A DNA stretch of 64,000 nucleotides from Thermovirgaceae bacterium (GTDB taxonomy: Bacteria > Synergistota > Synergistia > Synergistales > Thermovirgaceae), in NCBI GenBank assembly GCA_040767805.1, contig JAXGNU010000002.1:32001-96000 (forward strand). Direction: 5' to 3'. This document shows positions 1 to 9,222 of the stretch, piece by piece. The notes under the pieces are model-generated. The model had not been told where the DNA came from and made no database searches. It saw only the letters and a list, made by a program, of their open reading frames with translations. The translations under genes and the position numbers were made by a program. How positions within the stretch are numbered: position 1 is the first letter of the stretch; every line of letters starts with the position of its first letter.

Positions 1-338
1 GGGGTCGCCACGATGCAGCCGCCCAAGGCGTTCCATTTTTCGACGGCGCTGCCTCTTTCGATCCTGGTCGCTTCGCTCCTGAGGTGCTCCTCGGTGAGGG
101 GAATCTCCGAAAGGATATGGATCTCTTCCCGGGGGAAGAGGACCTTCCAGTCCGATACGAACTCCGATAGCCTGTACTGGTCCGGGACGACGGCGAGCAA
201 CGGCCTTCCCGCATCCCTAAGGATCCAGCACCAGGAAGATGTCCCTGCCGGGAGGTGGACCTTCATAGAGGGACGCTGGAACAGGAAACTCCCCGTGGTA
301 CCTATCTTCAGAGGTCGTCGGCCTTCAAAAGCGGTCAT
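1..338 (-). CDS. mfd: Probable transcription-repair coupling factor, N-terminal part (runs off window)
   Basis: Open frame from ATG at 338 (MTAFEGRR...RPLLAVVPDQ...IVATP) with no stop before the window edge. Directly follows pth, a common pth-mfd order; LLAVVPD/IVATP resemble the UvrB-homology N-terminus. Confidence 0.6.
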   Translation of the reverse strand, partial: MTAFEGRRPLKIGTTGSFLFQRPSMKVHLPAGTSSWCWILRDAGRPLLAVVPDQYRLSEFVSDWKVLFPREEIHILSEIPLTEEHLRSEATRIERGSAVEKWNALGGCIVAT

Positions 339-342
339 CGTG

Positions 343-966
343 TTAGGTGGGCTGCTCCTTCTTCCCGTAGCCGCCCTTCGAAGCCCCGGGAGCGTCCAGG
401 GATGGCGAGTTGGCCTCCCTCATGGCCTCATCGGTTCCACGGGTGATCCATATCAACGCTACATCGGCGGCCCGTTCCACCACGGCCGGAAGCTCGGCGA
501 GTTCTTCGGGTGAAAAGACTTCGGTAACGTATTCCGCCAGGTCCTTTTGCGATCCCGAGGAGTCTATCCCGATGCGCAGCCTGGGGAAGTCAAGGGACCC
601 CAGGTGGGCTATAACCGAGATCATCCCCTTGTGGCCGCCGGCGGACCCCCTCGCTCTCAGCCGAATCCGCCCGAAGGGGAGCGCCGCGTCATCGTAGACG
701 ACAAGAAGGTCTTCCAGCCCGATATCAAAGAAGCGGAAGGCCTTAACGACGGCACTCCCGCTCAGGTTCATGTAGGTCAACGGCTTCAGGAGGAGGACTC
801 TCTCGCCGTCGACGGGGATGGGACCCCAGGCTTGCGAGTCCAGTGTTAAAGAGGACTTCGGGACGCCCAAACGTTGGCGAAGGAGGTCAAGTACATGCCA
901 GCCGGCGTTATGCCTCGTCCAGGCGTAACGAGCCCCCGGGTTGCCCAGCCCCACAACCAGTTTCAA
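343..966 (-). CDS. pth: Peptidyl-tRNA hydrolase
   Basis: KLVVGLGNPG, TRHNAG, KPLTYMNLSG, GSAGGHKG motifs. Confidence 0.97.
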   Translation of the reverse strand: MKLVVGLGNPGARYAWTRHNAGWHVLDLLRQRLGVPKSSLTLDSQAWGPIPVDGERVLLLKPLTYMNLSGSAVVKAFRFFDIGLEDLLVVYDDAALPFGRIRLRARGSAGGHKGMISVIAHLGSLDFPRLRIGIDSSGSQKDLAEYVTEVFSPEELAELPAVVERAADVALIWITRGTDEAMREANSPSLDAPGASKGGYGKKEQPT

Positions 967-972
967 AGAGCG

Positions 973-1632
973 CTAGACCTCCTCTTCCTTAGCCTTGCCC
1001 TTCGTGACCACTTCTACCTCGGTGGTTTCCTCTTCAACCACTTCCGGCGCGACTTCGACCTCGACGCGAGGCTGTGCGATGGTCACTATCACTTCTTCGG
1101 GAGATAGGGCTAGGACAGCGCTTTCAGGAAACTGGACATCGGCGATACGGATGACCCCGTCCAGCGACAGGCCCGTCACGTCGATCACGATGGAAGCGGG
1201 TATCTCCCTGGGAAGGACTTCCATCTCGACCTCATGAATGAGCTGTTCGAAGACGCCTCCCTGCTTGATGCCCGCGCACTTCTCTCTCCCGGTTATCTCT
1301 ACGGGTACGTTGACCGAAACCTTGTGCCCCTTCTTGAGCTGCAGAAGATCCACGTGAAGGATGCTGCCCGTAAGGGGGTTCCGCTGGAGGTCCCTCATGA
1401 GGCAGAGTTCCTTTTTACCACCGGGAGTCTCCACGTCAAGCCTGGCCGTCTCCCAGCGCCCGGACTGAACGATGGGGGTTATGCTCTGTACCGCCACGTA
1501 AAAGGGAAGCGACCCCGGGTAACCGGGCCCGTAGAGGACACCGGGGATTTTCCCTTCGTTCCTGACTCTCTTGCAGTGCTGTTTGCCTGTTTCTTCCCGT
1601 TTTTCAAGCCTTATCCTGGTGCCTTTGTCCAT
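973..1632 (-). CDS. rplY: 50S ribosomal protein L25/Ctc
   Basis: GKIPGVLYG, ILHVDL, GIKQGG motifs, acidic tail; prs-ctc-pth synteny. Confidence 0.95.
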   Translation of the reverse strand: MDKGTRIRLEKREETGKQHCKRVRNEGKIPGVLYGPGYPGSLPFYVAVQSITPIVQSGRWETARLDVETPGGKKELCLMRDLQRNPLTGSILHVDLLQLKKGHKVSVNVPVEITGREKCAGIKQGGVFEQLIHEVEMEVLPREIPASIVIDVTGLSLDGVIRIADVQFPESAVLALSPEEVIVTIAQPRVEVEVAPEVVEEETTEVEVVTKGKAKEEEV

Positions 1633-1677
1633 GAAAAACCCTCCTCGTGAAATAGAAGAACAGGAGGCCGTGGCGAT

Positions 1678-2646
1678 CTACCGGAAAAGAATGCTCACGG
1701 AATGATCGGAGTGGATCCTGCTTATGGCCTCCGCGAAAAGCGGCGCTATGGAGAGAACGGTGATCTTGTCGATCTTTTTCTCTTCCTGAAGTGGTATCGT
1801 GTTGGTTAGGACCACCTGGTGAATGGGTGACCTGCTTATCCTATCAATGGCGGGGCCCGAGAGGACACCGTGAGTCGCGCAGGCGTACACCTTTTTGGCA
1901 CCCCTTTCGAGGACCGCTTCGGCCGCCTGCACCATGGTGCCGGCCGTATCTATGATGTCGTCGACGAGCACCGCCGTCTTGCCCGAAACGTCACCGATCA
2001 CCTCCATGACCTCGCTGAAGTTGGCCACCTCGTGGGAGCGGCGCTTATCTACGATCGCAAGGTCGGCGTTCAGGGGAACGGCGAAACGCCTGGCCCTGGT
2101 CACGGCACCGATGTCCGGTGGGATGACCACTAGGCTGTCCTGTTCGAGTTCCTCCTTGAGGGCGTCCCTGAAGTAGGCCGCGAGCAAGGGTATGCCCGTA
2201 AGGTGATCGACGGGGATGTCGAAGAAACCCTGGAGCTGGCCGGCGTGCAGGTCGGCGGCTAGGACGCGGTCGGCACCCGCCTTTTCAATCAGGTTGGCCA
2301 CCAGTTTGGCGGTTATGGGGTCCCTGGCCTTGGATTTACGGTCCTGCCGGGCATAACCGAAGTAGGGGGTGACCACGTTCACCCGGTAGGCGGAAGCCCT
2401 CCTCATGGCGTCGATCATTATCAGGAGTTCCATGAGGTTCTCGTTGACGGGCTCACAGGTGGGCTGGACCACGTAAACGTCGGCACCCCTCACGCTCTCC
2501 TCCACTGAAAGCCCTATCTCACCGTCAGAAAAGCGGAAGATGTTCGCCGTCGCGACCCCGACCCCGAGGTTCTCGCAGATCGACCTGGTAAATTCCGAAT
2601 GGGCGCTGCCCGAAAAAACCTTCAGTTCCCGCAGTTTTGAGGCCAA
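1678..2646 (-). CDS. prs: Ribose-phosphate pyrophosphokinase
   Basis: FSDGE, PYFGYARQDRK, DLHAGQ, VDDIIDTAGT; likely TTG start at 2646, just after glmU. Confidence 0.97.
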   Translation of the reverse strand: MASKLRELKVFSGSAHSEFTRSICENLGVGVATANIFRFSDGEIGLSVEESVRGADVYVVQPTCEPVNENLMELLIMIDAMRRASAYRVNVVTPYFGYARQDRKSKARDPITAKLVANLIEKAGADRVLAADLHAGQLQGFFDIPVDHLTGIPLLAAYFRDALKEELEQDSLVVIPPDIGAVTRARRFAVPLNADLAIVDKRRSHEVANFSEVMEVIGDVSGKTAVLVDDIIDTAGTMVQAAEAVLERGAKKVYACATHGVLSGPAIDRISRSPIHQVVLTNTIPLQEEKKIDKITVLSIAPLFAEAISRIHSDHSVSILFR

Positions 2647-2648
2647 CT

Positions 2649-4043
2649 TTATTCTCCTCCCCCGTCGTTCTTCCTTCTCCTGAGAGCCCACCCCTCGATG
2701 TTCTTCTGTCTCGCTCTCCCGATAGCCAGGCTTTCGGCGGGGACATCCTTCGTGATAACCGACCCGGCCGCGATGTAGCAACCATCGCCCAACGAGACGG
2801 GGGCCACCAGCATGGTGTCGCTGCCTACAAAGCAACCTTCTCCTATGGTGGTGGGGTTCTTCCTTTTCCCGTCAAAGTTGCAGGTCACGGTGCCCGCCCC
2901 TATGTTGCTCCCTTTCCCTACCGTGGCGTCACCGATGTAGGACAGGTGAGGGATCTTGGATCTTTCCCCGATGACGCTTTTTTTGATCTCCACGAACTTG
3001 CCGGCGAAAGCCCCCTCGCCCAGCACCGAACCGTCCCTGACGAAGGTGAAGGGGCCAAGGGTGGAATCGTCCCTGGCGGTACTGTCGCTGATCACCACGT
3101 GCCCCAACAGGTGGACATTCTCGCCCAAAACGCTGTTCCTAACAATAGAGAAACTGCCGAGCCTGGATCGACTCCCTATCTTTGACGCCCCCCATACTTG
3201 CACGAAGGGTTCGACCGTTACATCGTCACCGATGACCACCCCGGGCCCGATCCATACCGACCCGGAATCGACGCACTTAAGCCCATTTCTCATGTGGCGA
3301 TCGAGAATACGCCCCCTCAGGATCCTTGAGACCCTGTCCAGCTGCAGGGGGTCGTTGACGCCTTCCATCTCATCCGGGTCGGGGCAGGTCATCATCCCGA
3401 CCCTTTTCTCACCCTCACAGAGTCCGTGGATGACGTCGGTGAGGTAATACTCCCCCTGGGAGTTCTCCCTGCCGATTCTCTCCAGTTGTTCCAAAAGCGG
3501 CCCTGACCGGAAGACGTAAACCCCGCTATTGACCCTGCAGCACTTCTTTTCGTGCTCGAGGGCGTCCTTCTCTTCTATAATCTTGAAACCCCTGTCCGTG
3601 TCGAGGACGCGCCCGTACCCTGTCGGGTCCGAGGGCTCGAATACCAGGAAGGTACAGTCCTCATCGGCATCGATGTTCCTGGCGTTGAGCCGGGTCAGCG
3701 TCTCTTTGGCTATCAATGGGACATCCCCGGGGATGATGATCACCCGTTCGAACCGCGAGACCCACTCGCGGGCCGTGAAGACGGCATGGCCCGTACCGAG
3801 CTGTTCCCGCTGAACGATCATTTCCGTCCCCGGCCAGGCCTCTTCGAGGTACCCGGAAACGGCCTCGCTCCCGTAGCCCACCACTACCGCCCTGCCGGAG
3901 AAGCCAGGGTCATCGGTCGAGTTCATGGGGTAAAAGAGGAGCGGCTCGCCTAGCAATTCGAGAAGGACCTTGGGAGTATCGCTCTTCATCCGCGTACCCT
4001 TGCCGGCCGCCAGGACCAGGACTCCTGTGCCGGGGACAGCCAT
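2649..4043 (-). CDS. glmU: Bifunctional UDP-GlcNAc pyrophosphorylase/glucosamine-1-P acetyltransferase
   Basis: LAAGKGTRMKS, QLGTGHA, EYYLTD, hexapeptide repeats, HLSYIGDA, IGAGTVTCNFDG. Confidence 0.97.
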   Translation of the reverse strand: MAVPGTGVLVLAAGKGTRMKSDTPKVLLELLGEPLLFYPMNSTDDPGFSGRAVVVGYGSEAVSGYLEEAWPGTEMIVQREQLGTGHAVFTAREWVSRFERVIIIPGDVPLIAKETLTRLNARNIDADEDCTFLVFEPSDPTGYGRVLDTDRGFKIIEEKDALEHEKKCCRVNSGVYVFRSGPLLEQLERIGRENSQGEYYLTDVIHGLCEGEKRVGMMTCPDPDEMEGVNDPLQLDRVSRILRGRILDRHMRNGLKCVDSGSVWIGPGVVIGDDVTVEPFVQVWGASKIGSRSRLGSFSIVRNSVLGENVHLLGHVVISDSTARDDSTLGPFTFVRDGSVLGEGAFAGKFVEIKKSVIGERSKIPHLSYIGDATVGKGSNIGAGTVTCNFDGKRKNPTTIGEGCFVGSDTMLVAPVSLGDGCYIAAGSVITKDVPAESLAIGRARQKNIEGWALRRRKNDGGGE

Positions 4044-4140
4044 GACGATCATCCTCACCCCCTGATCATTATCCTTTTTGAACTGTTCCTTTTTGATTTT
4101 AACACGGCTGGTCCGACTTCAGCCAAAAAGCGCAACAAAG

Positions 4141-4164
4141 CAGGGGAAGCCGAGGCTTCCCCTG
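4141..4164 (-). terminator. Intrinsic terminator after tRNA-Gln
   Basis: Perfect hairpin CAGGGGAAGC-CGAG-GCTTCCCCTG followed by T-rich sequence on the minus strand. Confidence 0.7.
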
Positions 4165-4175
4165 GGCCGGCCAAC

Positions 4176-4250
4176 TGGCTGGGGTGGCTGGATTCGAACC
4201 AGCGATCACGGATCCAAAGTCCGTCGCCTTGCCGACTTGGCTACACCCCA
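4176..4250 (-). tRNA. tRNA-Gln (anticodon TTG)
   Basis: TGGGGTG acceptor, anticodon arm ACGGA-CTTTGGA-TCCGT, GGTTCGAATCC T-arm, encoded CCA. Confidence 0.97.
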
Positions 4251-4396
4251 GTGATCGAACCTTGCAATTATAGCCTCACCGGTGGTCGGGGTGTCAAGGA
4301 TTGTAGTGTCCGGTGTCGCCACCGCCTTGATATGGTAAACTACATGTAGGCTGAGTCAACCCGAAGGACCGGATAATGAAGGGGAGGTCTTGGAGC

Positions 4397-4855
4397 ATGT
4401 GGACCGTCGAGGACGGGATCGAACGTATCAGGAGCAGGGGTTTGAAGATCACATCCCAGAGGGTCGCCATACTCAAACTCCTAAAGGACCGAAAGGACCA
4501 CCCCTCGGCGGAGAAGATCTTCCGCGAGATGAAGGAGACCTACCCCACCATTTCCTTCGCCACCATCTACAGCACCGCCCAGATCCTCCGCGACGCGGGC
4601 CTCCTCCAGATACTCTCCATTGACGATCGCAGGGTTTTCTTCGACCCCGACCCGACCCCCCACGCGCATTTCCTCTGCTCGAAGTGCGGGGCCCTGGAGG
4701 ACATACCCCTGGAAAAGGGGATCCTGAACAGGATCAGGAGATCGGTCCCTCACTACCTCGACGCGGTGCAGGTTTACTGCTACGGCACGTGCCGTGCCTG
4801 TGGCGGACGCGGATCGGCCGATACCAGTCCAAGGAAAATCTCCCGCGCCCACTGA
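4397..4855 (+). CDS. Fur/PerR family transcriptional repressor
   Basis: GLKITSQR, DHPSAE, ISFATIY, HAHFLCSKCG and CRAC Zn motifs; GGAGG upstream. Confidence 0.93.
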   Translation: MWTVEDGIERIRSRGLKITSQRVAILKLLKDRKDHPSAEKIFREMKETYPTISFATIYSTAQILRDAGLLQILSIDDRRVFFDPDPTPHAHFLCSKCGALEDIPLEKGILNRIRRSVPHYLDAVQVYCYGTCRACGGRGSADTSPRKISRAH

Positions 4856-4858
4856 ACC

Positions 4859-5134
4859 ATGTTCCGCGTCCCCTTGGCACTGACGGCCTTTTTCTTCGTC
4901 TCGTCCATGATCCTGGGGGTGATGGTCTCCAGGAGCGAAAGCCGGGTCCCTCCTTCGGCCTTTTGGGGGTCACTTTTATTATTCCTGCTTTTCTCAACCA
5001 TCACCCTTTTCTTTTGCGCACCCCTCTGGGTAGCCTTGGCTCCCATGGTGCCCGCCGCCATCTTCGCCCTCCTTCACCTTTATCCCAAGAAGACCGGGAG
5101 CGATGACCCTCTCAAGAAACGGGTGAAGCCATGA
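4859..5134 (+). CDS. Small membrane protein (about 3 TM segments)
   Basis: Hydrophobic 91-aa ORF 3 nt after the fur stop; ATGA overlap with the next gene. Confidence 0.6.
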   Translation: MFRVPLALTAFFFVSSMILGVMVSRSESRVPPSAFWGSLLLFLLFSTITLFFCAPLWVALAPMVPAAIFALLHLYPKKTGSDDPLKKRVKP

Positions 5135-6270
5135 GAGGAAGAGCGTCCCGTAAATTGATAATGAAGCTCTTGACGATGATCTTGCCCATCCTCCTGGCCG
5201 CGGGTCTTCCGCCGACCGTTGCCACCTCGGCGGCCCTTCCGCCTTCTCCCGGCGTTTTGGATGGATCCTTCACGATAACCGTCGAACTCATCCCCGGTGG
5301 GGAGATCAGCGCCCAAGGGGAAGACGGCAAAAAAACAGTGCTGGGGAGGGTGAAAGCCCTCCCCACCAATAGCCGATGGCCTAGTTTCACGGCCTCAGCC
5401 TGGGGGAGGGAGCAGAGCGTAGTGGCGAGCGCGGTGAACGCCATCCATATCCTCCTGTCGGTGGAAAAGGGGAAGGGGAGGACCATAAGCCTCTTGCCCG
5501 AAGAGACCATCGCTCCCGCTGCCGGCCCCGGCGCGGCGATCGTGACCGACATCAAGGCGGGGCGCGCGGTTTTCGGGGCCTGGGCCCCGCCGGTCGGCAG
5601 CAGGGTCGTCTTCGAGCGTAGCGACGGCGATCCCCACCTGGTGGAAGATATACCCCGAAAAGGGGATGTCATGAAGATCATGGCCGATCCCCTCCCGTGC
5701 CCCTACTTCGTTGAGTTGGAGAACCGCCCGGGGGGGCGTGTGACGGCATGGTACGGCGACGGGCCGAGGGTGCTCGGAAGGGTGATAAGACCCCTCGGCG
5801 GTACGGGGCGTTTCGACGGGACGATCTTCCAGGATACGGGCAGAATAAGGGCGAACCACCCCGGCGTCATAGATGTCTGCACCTCACCGGAGGGGTTGGT
5901 GGGAGGTTTCCAGATCATCCCGTTGGAGCACGCCTTTTCCCGCGAGATGCTCGGGGCATGGAAGATGACCCAATGGATGATCATCGGCCCCGAGATGGGA
6001 AAGGCCGACCTGAAAGGGTCGGCTCCCCTGTTTTCCGGGGGACTCCTGCCCGGACCGGCCAGGGGTGAGGCGCTGTGGGACCTGTGGTCGAGCTACGGGC
6101 GTAAACCCCTTGTCCTCGCCAGGCTTGGGGGAGGGCCCTGGGGGAAGATGCCGGCTCTTTCCGGCAGGCAGGACCACGCTCTTGAGGGCATCACTCACCT
6201 GAGGATCTACTACCCCTTCACCATGGAACCGCTGCGGGACGGGGCCGACCCGTCCCACCGGCTCCCGTGA
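5131..6270 (+). CDS. Exported hypothetical protein with internal duplication
   Basis: 379-aa ORF with N-terminal signal-like stretch and two similar halves. Confidence 0.8.
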   Translation: MRGRASRKLIMKLLTMILPILLAAGLPPTVATSAALPPSPGVLDGSFTITVELIPGGEISAQGEDGKKTVLGRVKALPTNSRWPSFTASAWGREQSVVASAVNAIHILLSVEKGKGRTISLLPEETIAPAAGPGAAIVTDIKAGRAVFGAWAPPVGSRVVFERSDGDPHLVEDIPRKGDVMKIMADPLPCPYFVELENRPGGRVTAWYGDGPRVLGRVIRPLGGTGRFDGTIFQDTGRIRANHPGVIDVCTSPEGLVGGFQIIPLEHAFSREMLGAWKMTQWMIIGPEMGKADLKGSAPLFSGGLLPGPARGEALWDLWSSYGRKPLVLARLGGGPWGKMPALSGRQDHALEGITHLRIYYPFTMEPLRDGADPSHRLP

Positions 6271-6276
6271 TGCCTT

Positions 6277-8109
6277 TTACTCTACGGTGACGCTTTTTGC
6301 CAGGTTGCGGGGTTGGTCGATCTCCCTCCCGAGGGTCGACGCTATGTGGAAAGACAGGAGTTGCAGGGGTATCACCGAGAGGAAGGGGGTGAATTCCTCG
6401 TCGGTCCAAGGGATTTCTATGACCGAACCGGCCTGTTCGGGGACAAAAAGGTCACCCTCGGTGCACACCGCTATCAGCGACGCGTTCCTCGCCTTAACCT
6501 CCCGTATGTTCGATAGGGTCTTTTCGTAAAGGCTGTCCCTGGGTATGACCGCCAGGACCGGCACCCCCGGCTCCAGCAGGGCTATGGGGCCGTGCTTCAT
6601 CTCCCCCGCGGCGAGAGCCTCGGCGTGGATGTAGGAAACCTCCTTCAGCTTGAGGGCGCCCTCCTGCGCGACGGGGAAGGATATCCCCCTGCCGATGAAA
6701 AGCATGTTCTTACTCCCTGCGTATTCCCTCGCGATCTCCCTGACCTCGCCCTCTTTCTCCAGGAGGAGTTCCACTTTGTGGGGGATACGGACCAGTTCGT
6801 TGACCAGCCGTTCTTCTTCGTGGAGCGCCAGGCTCCCTCTCATGCTCCCCAGTTGTAGGGCCACCAGGAAAAGGGCCGCCAACTGACCGATGAAGCTCTT
6901 GGTAGCCGCCACGCCTATCTCCGAGCCGGCCTTGAGGAGTAACAGGCTGTGAACCTCCCTGGTCAAAGTGGAACCTCTCACGTTGGTTATGGCCAGGCAG
7001 TGGGCCCCGCCGGCCCTTGCCTTGCGCAGGGCGGCCAGCGTATCCGCCGTTTCGCCGGACTGAGAGACGAAAACGGCCAGCGTCGAGGGGTCGCAAGCGA
7101 CAGGGCGGTACCTGTACTCCGAGGCAATGTCCACCTTGATATCTAGGTCAGTCCATTTTTCCAGGAGCCTTTCGGCCACCAGGGCTGAGTAAAAGGAGGA
7201 CCCGCAGGCGACGATATGGATCTTCTTCCATTTGGATACCATCTCGACGTCCCAGCCCAGTTCTCCGGATATCGTCGTTTTCCCGTCGACGATCCTTCCC
7301 TTCAGGGAACGGCGGAGCACCGTCCCCTGTTCGTGGATCTCCTTGAGCATGTAGTGGGAAAAACCAGACTTCTCTGTCAACGACACATCCCAGTCGACGG
7401 TAACAGAGGGCCTCTCAACGGGACGGCCCTTCTCATCCCAGATCCTGATCCCGCCCGGGGAGATCTCCGCTATATCGCCCTCCTCCGGGTACTGGATCCT
7501 CCTGGTGTAGGGGAGGAAGGCCGGGATGTCCGAAGCGCAGAAAGCCTCCCCCTCGCCCGACCCCAGGACGAGGGGGGAACCCCTCCGGATGGCGTAGATA
7601 GTGTCGGGGCGGCCCTGCTGCATCAGCGCCAGGGCGAAGGTCCCTCTCAGCCTCTTCTGGAGGTATACCAGCGTTTCCAGGATGTCACCCGTCCGGGAGA
7701 AGGACATTGCAACGAGATGGACGATAGCCTCCGTGTCCGTCTCGGAGAGGAAGACCACACCTTCTCTTTTGAGTTCATCCCTGAGTTCTAAAAAATTCTC
7801 GATGATCCCGTTGTGCACCAGGGCGAACCGGCCGCTGCCGTCCTTATGGGGGTGGGCGTTGACCCGGGAGACCCCGCCATGGGTGGCCCAGCGCGTGTGA
7901 CCGATCCCCTGGTGGGAACCCGCGGGGACCTCCTTAAGCATCCTCTCGAGGTCTTCCACCTTGCCGACCTCCTTGATGATGAGGAGGTCTTTGCCTGACC
8001 CAAGGGCAAGGCCCGCCGAGTCATAGCCTCGATACTCAAGCCTCTTGAGCCCGTCGATAAGGACTTCCCGGGCTTCCCGTCCGCCGACATAACCGACAAT
8101 CCCGCACAT
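6277..8109 (-). CDS. glmS: Glutamine-fructose-6-phosphate aminotransferase
   Basis: MCGIVG N-terminus, GHTRWATHG, SQSGETADT, PRNLAKSVTVE C-terminus. Confidence 0.99.
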   Translation of the reverse strand: MCGIVGYVGGREAREVLIDGLKRLEYRGYDSAGLALGSGKDLLIIKEVGKVEDLERMLKEVPAGSHQGIGHTRWATHGGVSRVNAHPHKDGSGRFALVHNGIIENFLELRDELKREGVVFLSETDTEAIVHLVAMSFSRTGDILETLVYLQKRLRGTFALALMQQGRPDTIYAIRRGSPLVLGSGEGEAFCASDIPAFLPYTRRIQYPEEGDIAEISPGGIRIWDEKGRPVERPSVTVDWDVSLTEKSGFSHYMLKEIHEQGTVLRRSLKGRIVDGKTTISGELGWDVEMVSKWKKIHIVACGSSFYSALVAERLLEKWTDLDIKVDIASEYRYRPVACDPSTLAVFVSQSGETADTLAALRKARAGGAHCLAITNVRGSTLTREVHSLLLLKAGSEIGVAATKSFIGQLAALFLVALQLGSMRGSLALHEEERLVNELVRIPHKVELLLEKEGEVREIAREYAGSKNMLFIGRGISFPVAQEGALKLKEVSYIHAEALAAGEMKHGPIALLEPGVPVLAVIPRDSLYEKTLSNIREVKARNASLIAVCTEGDLFVPEQAGSVIEIPWTDEEFTPFLSVIPLQLLSFHIASTLGREIDQPRNLAKSVTVE

Positions 8110-8149
8110 TACTTTCTGGGCACCGCCTTTCAGTCACACAAAAAAAAAC

Positions 8150-8295
8150 GGATGCCGCCCCTTTTGTCCCGGCGATCGCTCCCCGGTTTTGTGGCGCGGC
8201 TTCGTGGCCCTTCCGTCGGGGCCACCGGGGCATCCGCCGAATTTTCGATGCTCCCCGGACCTCGTCAACTGGCCTGGCCAGTTCTGGCGCTGGGA
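8150..8295 (-). ncRNA. glmS ribozyme (GlcN6P-activated self-cleaving riboswitch)
   Basis: AGCGCCAGAACT-(P1)-AGTTGACGAGG...ATCGAAAATTCGGCGGATGCCCCGG core, then P4 with ACAAAA bulges, directly upstream of glmS. Matches the known consensus. Confidence 0.93.
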
Positions 8296-8331
8296 TGACC
8301 GCGCTTTCCCACCCTCACCACCGCCGCCCCA

Positions 8332-9222
8332 TCACCCCCTTCCCAGGATCCCGAGTCGATTGAGTTCATCAAGCACGATGTCCCGCAGATCTTCTCGCGC
8401 CAGGGCCATATCCAGCGTGGCTTTCAGCCAGCTCTCCATGGTCCCGCAATCAAACCTCTCGCCCTCGTACAGGACCCCCCAGAGGGGCTCATCCTTCGCC
8501 AGGATTTTTAAGGCATCGGTGAGCTGTATCTCACCCCCGGCCCCGGTGTGGGAACTCTTCAAGTGACCGAAAACCGTCGGCGAAAGGACGTAGCGGCCCA
8601 TTACCGCGTAACGGCTTGGTTCCCCACCGGGCCTGGGTTTTTCCACAAGATCCTCTATCCTGAAAAGGCCTTTTTCGACCGGTTCACCCCTGATCATCCC
8701 GTACCTGCCGACCTCCTCCAGGGGAACCTCCTCGAGGGCGACCACGGAACCCCCCAACCTCTGGTGAACCAGGAAAAGCTGTTCGAGCACGGGCGGCGAC
8801 CCCGGCGGGCTGATCATTACGTCGTCAGGAAGGATGACCCCGAAAGTCTCTCCCCTGCAGAAGGATTCGCCGCAGAGGACGGCGTGCCCCAACCCGAGGG
8901 GTTCGGATTGCCTCACATAGGCGAAATCGGCCATCTCGCTTATCTCCCTCACGAGCCGGGCGCAGTCGGCCTTGCCCTTTTCGAGGAGCAACTGCTCAAG
9001 CTCGATGGACCTGTCGAAGTGATCCTCAATGGCTCTTTTACCTCTCCCGGTGATGAATACGATCTCTCCGCAGCCCGACCGGACGGCCTCCTCGACGCCG
9101 TACTGGATGAGAGGCTTGTCGACTAGGGGGAGCATCTCCTTGGGTATTTCCTTCGTGGCGGGAAGGAACCTCGTGCCCATTCCCGCCACGGGGAAAAGAC
9201 ATTTTCTGTCCCTGTCCCCCAT
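8332..9222 (-). CDS. galU: UTP-glucose-1-phosphate uridylyltransferase
   Basis: PVAGMGTRFLPATKEIPKEMLP, RQSEPLGLGHA, VEKP, EIQLTDA. Confidence 0.97.
   Translation of the reverse strand: MGDRDRKCLFPVAGMGTRFLPATKEIPKEMLPLVDKPLIQYGVEEAVRSGCGEIVFITGRGKRAIEDHFDRSIELEQLLLEKGKADCARLVREISEMADFAYVRQSEPLGLGHAVLCGESFCRGETFGVILPDDVMISPPGSPPVLEQLFLVHQRLGGSVVALEEVPLEEVGRYGMIRGEPVEKGLFRIEDLVEKPRPGGEPSRYAVMGRYVLSPTVFGHLKSSHTGAGGEIQLTDALKILAKDEPLWGVLYEGERFDCGTMESWLKATLDMALAREDLRDIVLDELNRLGILGRG

Noticed and set aside
2090..2135. Prs motif PPDIGA instead of SPDxGG as a sign of inactivation
   Set aside because: All other catalytic and PRPP-binding motifs and the glmU-prs synteny are intact.
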